A stretch of 9,831 nucleotides of DNA from a virus. Taxonomy: Duplodnaviria > Heunggongvirae > Uroviricota > Caudoviricetes. Of this stretch, positions 5,802 to 9,831 are shown one piece after another; positions within the stretch are counted from its first letter, which is position 1, and every line of letters begins with the position of its first letter. The notes beneath the pieces are model-generated. The model made no database searches. It saw nothing but the letters and a program-made list of their open reading frames with translations, and was not told the DNA's origin. A program made the position numbers and the translations under genes. Location of the stretch: IMG/VR virus record IMGVR_UViG_2645727901_000016; one strand, given 5' to 3'.

Positions 5802-6619
5802 ATACAGGCATCTATTACGACATCAGCAACGAGGACTACCACGCCGGTGACGGCGTGAGTAAGTCACAACTGGATATGGTGGCCAAGAACCCTGCCCTTC
5901 TGAAATGGGTGAAGGCTGCTCCGGAAGATGAAGAGAAGAAATCCGCACTGGACATGGGTACTGCGCTGCACTGCCTGCTGCTTGAGCCGGATGAATTCGA
6001 TAAGCGTTTTGTGAAAGAGCCGAAAGTTGATCTTCGAACTACGAAGGGAAAAGTGGCATTAGCTGCATTCAAAGAATCAATAGATGGGATGGATATAACA
6101 CCTATTCCTGATGAGGATTGGAGAAAGCTAGGTTTGATGCACAAAAGCGCAATGGCTCACCCGGCGGCGCGCTGGATGCTGGAAGCGCCAGGCCACTGCG
6201 AAGCATCGATGTACTGGAATGACGATGAGACTGGCGAGTTGTGCCGAATACGACCTGATAAGTGGCTGAATGAACACAACGTGATCGTCGACGTGAAAAA
6301 GGTTGCAGACATGGATCGCTTTGCTCGTCACATCGAGGAATTCCGCTACCACGTGCAGGACGCCATGTACAGAGAGGGCGCACTGAAAGTAACTGGGCAG
6401 CCACACGGATTTTTCTTCCTGGCTGTGAGCGAAACCATCGACTGCGGTCGATACCCGGTCCGCGTGTTCGAACTGGATGCGCTGGATGTTGACGCCGGGC
6501 ACCAGTTATTCCGCCGGGATTTGAACACCTATCACGAGTGCCGCATCAGTGATGAATGGGGTGGCGTGGAAATTATTAAACGCCCTGAATGGGCAAGAAA
6601 ACAGGATATGTACGTATGA
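5798..6619 (+). CDS. recE: RecE-type exonuclease VIII, nuclease domain only (PD-(D/E)XK)
   Basis: GIYYDISNEDYHAG, GTALHCLLLEPDEF, CRIRPDKW, IVDVKK, FRYHVQDAMY and DCGRYPV line up with the C-terminal nuclease domain of Rac RecE as I recall it. AAGGAA Shine-Dalgarno upstream. Confidence 0.85.
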   Translation: MNTGIYYDISNEDYHAGDGVSKSQLDMVAKNPALLKWVKAAPEDEEKKSALDMGTALHCLLLEPDEFDKRFVKEPKVDLRTTKGKVALAAFKESIDGMDITPIPDEDWRKLGLMHKSAMAHPAARWMLEAPGHCEASMYWNDDETGELCRIRPDKWLNEHNVIVDVKKVADMDRFARHIEEFRYHVQDAMYREGALKVTGQPHGFFFLAVSETIDCGRYPVRVFELDALDVDAGHQLFRRDLNTYHECRISDEWGGVEIIKRPEWARKQDMYV

Positions 6620-7497
6620 GCAACGATATCGCAATCACATCACAGCCTGGCGCTACCGTAGGGACCGCTGCGGCAATCTTCAGTCCTGAGGGTATGGACC
6701 GCCTGGTGCGTTTCGCAACCCTGATGGCAGACAGTAAAGCAACCGTTCCGCAGCACCTGGCAGGAAAGCCTGCTGACTGCCTGGCGGTAACCATGCAGGC
6801 GGCGCAGTGGGGCATGAACCCGTTCGCTGTGGCCCAGAAGACGCACGTTGTAAACGGCACTCTTGGCTATGAAGCGCAGCTTGTTAACGCCGTCGTTTCG
6901 TCTTCAAACCTGCTTTCAACCCGCCTGAATTACCGCTGGGACGGCGACTGGTCAAAGGTGAATGGCAAGAGCGACAAGTCACCATCACTGACCGTAACAG
7001 TATCGGCAGTGCTGAAAGGCGAAGCAGAGCCGCGTGAACTTACCATCAGCATGGCTCAGGCCGGTGTCCGTAACTCTCCACTGTGGGAACAGGATCCACG
7101 TCAGCAACTTGCTTATCTGTGCGTTAAGCGCTGGGCGCGCCTGCATGCCCCTGATGTTCTTCTTGGTGTCTATACACCCGACGAACTGCAGGAGACAACA
7201 CCGCGTGTTGAGCGCGACATCACGCCACCTGCGGCAACGGCTCAGGGCATGAACAGCCTGATCAACTCAAAGCCTGAGCAGAAGCAGGAAGATCGTCAGC
7301 AGTACAAAGATGATCGCGGCCCTGAAGAGATTCTGCACGCATTTTCCGTAGCGGCGATGAACTACAACACTCAGGCCGAACTGGACAAAGCGTACAAATA
7401 CGTTGCTCAGAAACTGGCAGGTGATGATGACCTGCTGGCAAAAGCAACTGACGTTTACACCATCCGCTGCGACGAACTGAACGAAGTACCGATGTAA
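6616..7497 (+). CDS. recT: RecT-family single-strand annealing recombinase
   Basis: Follows recE with an ATGA overlap, in the recE-recT order seen in Rac. 293 aa. Central region (AVTMQAAQWGMNPFAVAQKTHVVNG) resembles the RecT/Bet-type core. The 6589 in-frame ATG is an alternative start. Confidence 0.8.
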   Translation: MSNDIAITSQPGATVGTAAAIFSPEGMDRLVRFATLMADSKATVPQHLAGKPADCLAVTMQAAQWGMNPFAVAQKTHVVNGTLGYEAQLVNAVVSSSNLLSTRLNYRWDGDWSKVNGKSDKSPSLTVTVSAVLKGEAEPRELTISMAQAGVRNSPLWEQDPRQQLAYLCVKRWARLHAPDVLLGVYTPDELQETTPRVERDITPPAATAQGMNSLINSKPEQKQEDRQQYKDDRGPEEILHAFSVAAMNYNTQAELDKAYKYVAQKLAGDDDLLAKATDVYTIRCDELNEVPM

Positions 7498-7543
7498 CCA
7501 CCACTGCGGCGCCGCGCGCGTCGCAAATGCAAGAGAGGTAATT

Positions 7544-7792
7544 ATGAAAAGAGCATTTGGCAAAAAGGAACTGATGGCAGTGGTGCCGGTATCTATGAGC
7601 ACCATTGATCGCATGGAGCGCAATGGCGAGTTCCCGCAGCGATTCTGGATTACTGATAAGCGTTGTGCATGGAACGCTGAAGAGGTTGAGAACTGGCTTG
7701 ATGAACGTCAGGCCACCAGCCCCGCAGAGTTCACCGGAAAAAAGCCGCCGGTTGATCAGCGCGTTTACCGCCCAGTAAGTAACGCCGCATGA
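7544..7792 (+). CDS. AlpA-family phage transcriptional regulator / excisionase-like HTH protein
   Basis: 82 aa. Motif VSMSTIDRMERNGEFPQRFWITDKRCAWNAEEVENWL fits the AlpA pattern (S.STI.R....G.FP...........W...EV..WL). AGAGAGG Shine-Dalgarno upstream. Confidence 0.7.
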   Translation: MKRAFGKKELMAVVPVSMSTIDRMERNGEFPQRFWITDKRCAWNAEEVENWLDERQATSPAEFTGKKPPVDQRVYRPVSNAA

Positions 7793-7819
7793 CAGCGCTG
7801 ATCAGGCACTGGGAAAAAT

Positions 7820-7845
7820 GGTCAGGATGGTACTTATTCCTGACC
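7820..7845 (+). terminator. hairpin (8-bp perfect inverted repeat GGTCAGGA / TCCTGACC, 10-nt loop) followed by a weak T-rich stretch; possible terminator or protein-binding palindrome
   Basis: Direct reading of 7820-7845 plus the downstream TCTGTTTCC. Located between the AlpA-like and PerC-like genes. Confidence 0.25.
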
Positions 7846-7901
7846 TCTGTTTCCGCCTGGCTGTATCTGCTGGCGGTAATTTTCATAGAAGGCTGGATCC
7901 G

Positions 7902-8201
7902 ATGAGCAAATTAACCCGTCTTGAAAAGTATCACCTGAACTATGTGTCTCAGCGTCAGGCTTCAAAGGTTGTCGCCGTAACTCCTGCGGCGATGGAGGTA
8001 GAAAAGCGCGCTGTTGAGCGAGAATCGAAAGGCCAGTTCCGCATTGCAGCCAGGCTTTGGTTGCTGTGCATGGATGCAGCAGTCGGTGAGGTTGAACGCG
8101 CAAGGATAGCGATACGCCGCGATCAGTGCATATCGAAAGGTAACGGCCTGCGCCGTGGTGAATACGCAGGGATCGGATGTCGCGGGGTGGTGTATGACTA
8201 A
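7902..8201 (+). CDS. PerC/ANR-family-like small transcriptional regulator (tentative)
   Basis: 99 aa from the ATG at 7902. Segment EVEKRAVERESKGQFRIAARLWLLCMD...RRDQCIS resembles the PerC-family core (LE.RG.YRRAA.RW ... C). The 7818 start is also in frame. Confidence 0.45.
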   Translation: MSKLTRLEKYHLNYVSQRQASKVVAVTPAAMEVEKRAVERESKGQFRIAARLWLLCMDAAVGEVERARIAIRRDQCISKGNGLRRGEYAGIGCRGVVYD

Positions 8202-8352
8202 CCCTCACGACAATATCCGCGTCGGTAGCATCACGCTGGTTTATTCATCTCTTCGTTGCGGATGGATTGTGCCAGGCAGAAAGGTTATCAAAAACCCATT
8301 AAAGGCTCAGCGCATTGCTGAGCTGATGAATAATAAGAAGGTTGCAGCATGA
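8194..8352 (+). CDS. small hypothetical protein (about 52 aa)
   Basis: ATG at 8194 overlapping the end of the PerC-like gene. Its stop overlaps the ATG of the ASCH gene (ATGA). An alternative GTG start at 8155 exists. No family recognised. Confidence 0.35.
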   Translation: MTNPHDNIRVGSITLVYSSLRCGWIVPGRKVIKNPLKAQRIAELMNNKKVAA

Positions 8353-9011
8353 AAGAGCGCGGAATGATTTTCAACGAGCACCAAGTGCGTGCCCTGCTTG
8401 ATGGCAGCATGACGCAGGTTCGTCGGCCCATAAAATGGCGTCAGACTCGGGCTACAGAAATTGCAGAACGTGAAGACGGTAGCCGGTGGCCGTGGAGTGA
8501 GGATGCTGAAAATGTGTGCGATTACTGGCATCCATGTCCATTCGGTGCAGTCGGCGATGTTATTTACGTCAGAGAGTCATTTTCACGGCTCGACGCATTT
8601 AACTTCTTCGATTCCGCCGTGCCTCATGAAGTCCCGGATTTCTGGTATTGGGCAGATGGTGATCCGGAGTGGGGAGACTGGACACGCCCACAATCTGGCG
8701 CAGTCATGCCTCGCGCCGCCAGCAGAATCAGCCTGGAGATAACCGGAATTCGCGTCGAGAGGCTTCAGAATGCCGATGAATCAAACCTCCTGAATGACCT
8801 TGGAGATATGCTAGAGCATTGCGATACCGTCGCAGGCCGCGCCTTCAACCATGCAGAGCATTATGCGATCGCAGGCGTTCCGGTTGGATTATGTCCGGAA
8901 ATGCATGGCTTTAAAGCGTGGTGGGACAAGGTTAACGGAGCTGGCAGCTTTTATTCCAACCCGTGGGTCTGGGTGATCGAGTTTAAGCGCATTGAAGGCG
9001 GTGCAGCATGA
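8349..9011 (+). CDS. ASCH (PUA-like) domain protein with insertions, 220 aa
   Basis: N-terminal FNEHQVRALLDGSMTQVRRP, GDVIYVRE, and C-terminal WVWVIEFKRI parallel E. coli YqfB (ILAGRKTITIR ... GDVLRV ... FYVIEFK) as I recall it. AAGAAGG Shine-Dalgarno 8 nt upstream. Stop overlaps the methyltransferase start. Confidence 0.65.
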   Translation: MKERGMIFNEHQVRALLDGSMTQVRRPIKWRQTRATEIAEREDGSRWPWSEDAENVCDYWHPCPFGAVGDVIYVRESFSRLDAFNFFDSAVPHEVPDFWYWADGDPEWGDWTRPQSGAVMPRAASRISLEITGIRVERLQNADESNLLNDLGDMLEHCDTVAGRAFNHAEHYAIAGVPVGLCPEMHGFKAWWDKVNGAGSFYSNPWVWVIEFKRIEGGAA

Positions 9012-9655
9012 CCGTTAAATACACACTTATCTACGCTGATCCGCCTTGGGTCTACCGCGATAAAGCCGCCGACGGCGAGCGCGGTGCCGGGTTTAAATAC
9101 CCAGTAATGAACGTGTTGGATATCTGCCGCCTGCCGGTTTGGGATCTGGCAGCCGACGATTGCCTGCTGGCTATGTGGTGGGTGCCGACGCAGCCGGTTG
9201 AGGCACTGAAGGTAGTCGAGGCGTGGGGCTTCAAGCTGATGACCATGAAGGGATTCACCTGGCACAAGACGAATAAGCACAAAGGAAACAGTGCGATCGG
9301 AATGGGCCACATGACCAGGGCGAATAGCGAAGACGTACTCTTTGCGGTACGCGGAAAACTTCCTGCACGAATGGACGCCTCTATCTGCCAGCATGTCACG
9401 GCGCCGCGCCTGGAGAACTCGCGCAAGCCGGACGTGATCAGAGAGAAACTGGTGCAGCTGCTGGGCGATGTGCCGCGCATTGAGCTTTTCGCCCGCCAGT
9501 CGTCGCATGGCTTCGATGTATGGGGAAATCAGTGCGACGGTCCGGCAGTGCAACTGCAACCTGGTTATGCACTAGATATCTCAGGAATGGCGAAGGCATT
9601 CAAAAACGCCCCGCTATCACCATCAGACAGCCAGGGACGGGAGCGTGCAGCATGA
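9008..9655 (+). CDS. MT-A70-family DNA N6-adenine methyltransferase (phage orphan methylase)
   Basis: DPPW catalytic motif at residues 11-14 (LIYADPPWVY). 215 aa. This is the typical prophage MT-A70 architecture. No restriction endonuclease gene is adjacent in the window. Confidence 0.85.
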   Translation: MTVKYTLIYADPPWVYRDKAADGERGAGFKYPVMNVLDICRLPVWDLAADDCLLAMWWVPTQPVEALKVVEAWGFKLMTMKGFTWHKTNKHKGNSAIGMGHMTRANSEDVLFAVRGKLPARMDASICQHVTAPRLENSRKPDVIREKLVQLLGDVPRIELFARQSSHGFDVWGNQCDGPAVQLQPGYALDISGMAKAFKNAPLSPSDSQGRERAA

Positions 9656-9831
9656 ATATGTTCAATGAGGCGGAGTTAATCCGCCAACTGGAAGAGCAGC
9701 GCGCTGTGATTGTGCAGAAAAGCGCGCAAGTTAACTGGCTGCAAACGGAAAATAGTGTCTTGCATAAGAAATGCGAAGAACTGCAAATGACAGTTGAACT
9801 ACAGCGAGAATTTATACAATCCAGAAATTAA
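9652..9831 (+). CDS. small coiled-coil hypothetical protein (59 aa)
   Basis: ATG at 9652 overlaps the methyltransferase stop (ATGA). Heptad-like sequence ELIRQLEEQRAVIVQ...CEELQMTVELQREF. Stop at 9829-9831, the window edge. Confidence 0.45.
   Translation: MNMFNEAELIRQLEEQRAVIVQKSAQVNWLQTENSVLHKKCEELQMTVELQREFIQSRN

Noticed and set aside
6128-7623. Several minus-strand ORFs (6128-6502, 6576-6860, 7262-7504, 7267-7623) inside recE and recT
   Set aside because: They overlap well-supported plus-strand genes, lack recognisable motifs, and are typical antisense open frames in GC-balanced coding DNA.
7818-8201. Longer 127-aa form of the PerC-like ORF
   Set aside because: The extra 28 N-terminal residues run across the hairpin at 7820-7845 and have no ribosome-binding site. 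The ATG at 7902 gives a PerC-sized product.
8194-8352. Possible Ral/Lar-type restriction-alleviation protein
   Set aside because: The only hint is a C-terminal tail (AELMNNKKVAA) that loosely recalls the end of lambda Ral from memory. The protein lacks the cysteine-rich pattern I associate with Ral, so the evidence is too weak to call.
8951-9559. 202-aa minus-strand ORF overlapping the methyltransferase
   Set aside because: It lies fully inside the plus-strand gene that carries the diagnostic DPPW motif and a coupled start. It is most likely a spurious antisense frame.

Overview
This window looks like the early region (immunity, recombination, replication) of a lambdoid, Rac-like prophage from an enterobacterium. 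There are no structural, lysis or integrase genes in it. All family assignments are from reading the translations by eye; no search was run.

Layout: a lambda-style immunity switch in mirror image. A CI-like repressor gene (3532-4128, +) sits between two clusters of a 17-bp palindromic operator, ATTACC-N5-GGTAAT (OR-like 3415-3478, OL-like 4186-4339), with a divergent Cro-like gene (3376-3143, -).

Plus-strand operon from the OL side: small ORF, ER/K-rich coiled-coil protein, 100-aa protein, RecE-type exonuclease, RecT, AlpA-family regulator, PerC/ANR-like regulator, small ORF, ASCH-domain protein, MT-A70 N6-adenine methyltransferase, small coiled-coil ORF. Most are joined by ATGA start/stop overlaps.

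Minus-strand operon from the OR side: Cro-like, zinc-ribbon ORF, NinI/PrpA-type phosphatase, replication protein with a DnaT C-terminal domain, RuvC-like resolvase, then a gene interrupted by a 34-bp tandem duplication.

Signals most worth a second look:
- Two iteron-like arrays of GTCCGC/GCGGAC half-sites inside the replication gene (candidate origin).
- A perfect 34-bp tandem duplication (524-597) that frameshifts a roughly 190-codon gene.
- Extra copies of the operator palindrome outside the immunity region (1268-1284, 3073-3089).
- An ASCH-domain protein translationally coupled to the methyltransferase, with no restriction partner in the window.
- An uncharacterised operator-proximal module (49-aa ORF, 330-aa coiled-coil protein, 100-aa protein).

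I found no CRISPR array, tRNA, rRNA or transposase. I cannot point to a recognisable known defence system; the candidates above are hypotheses.
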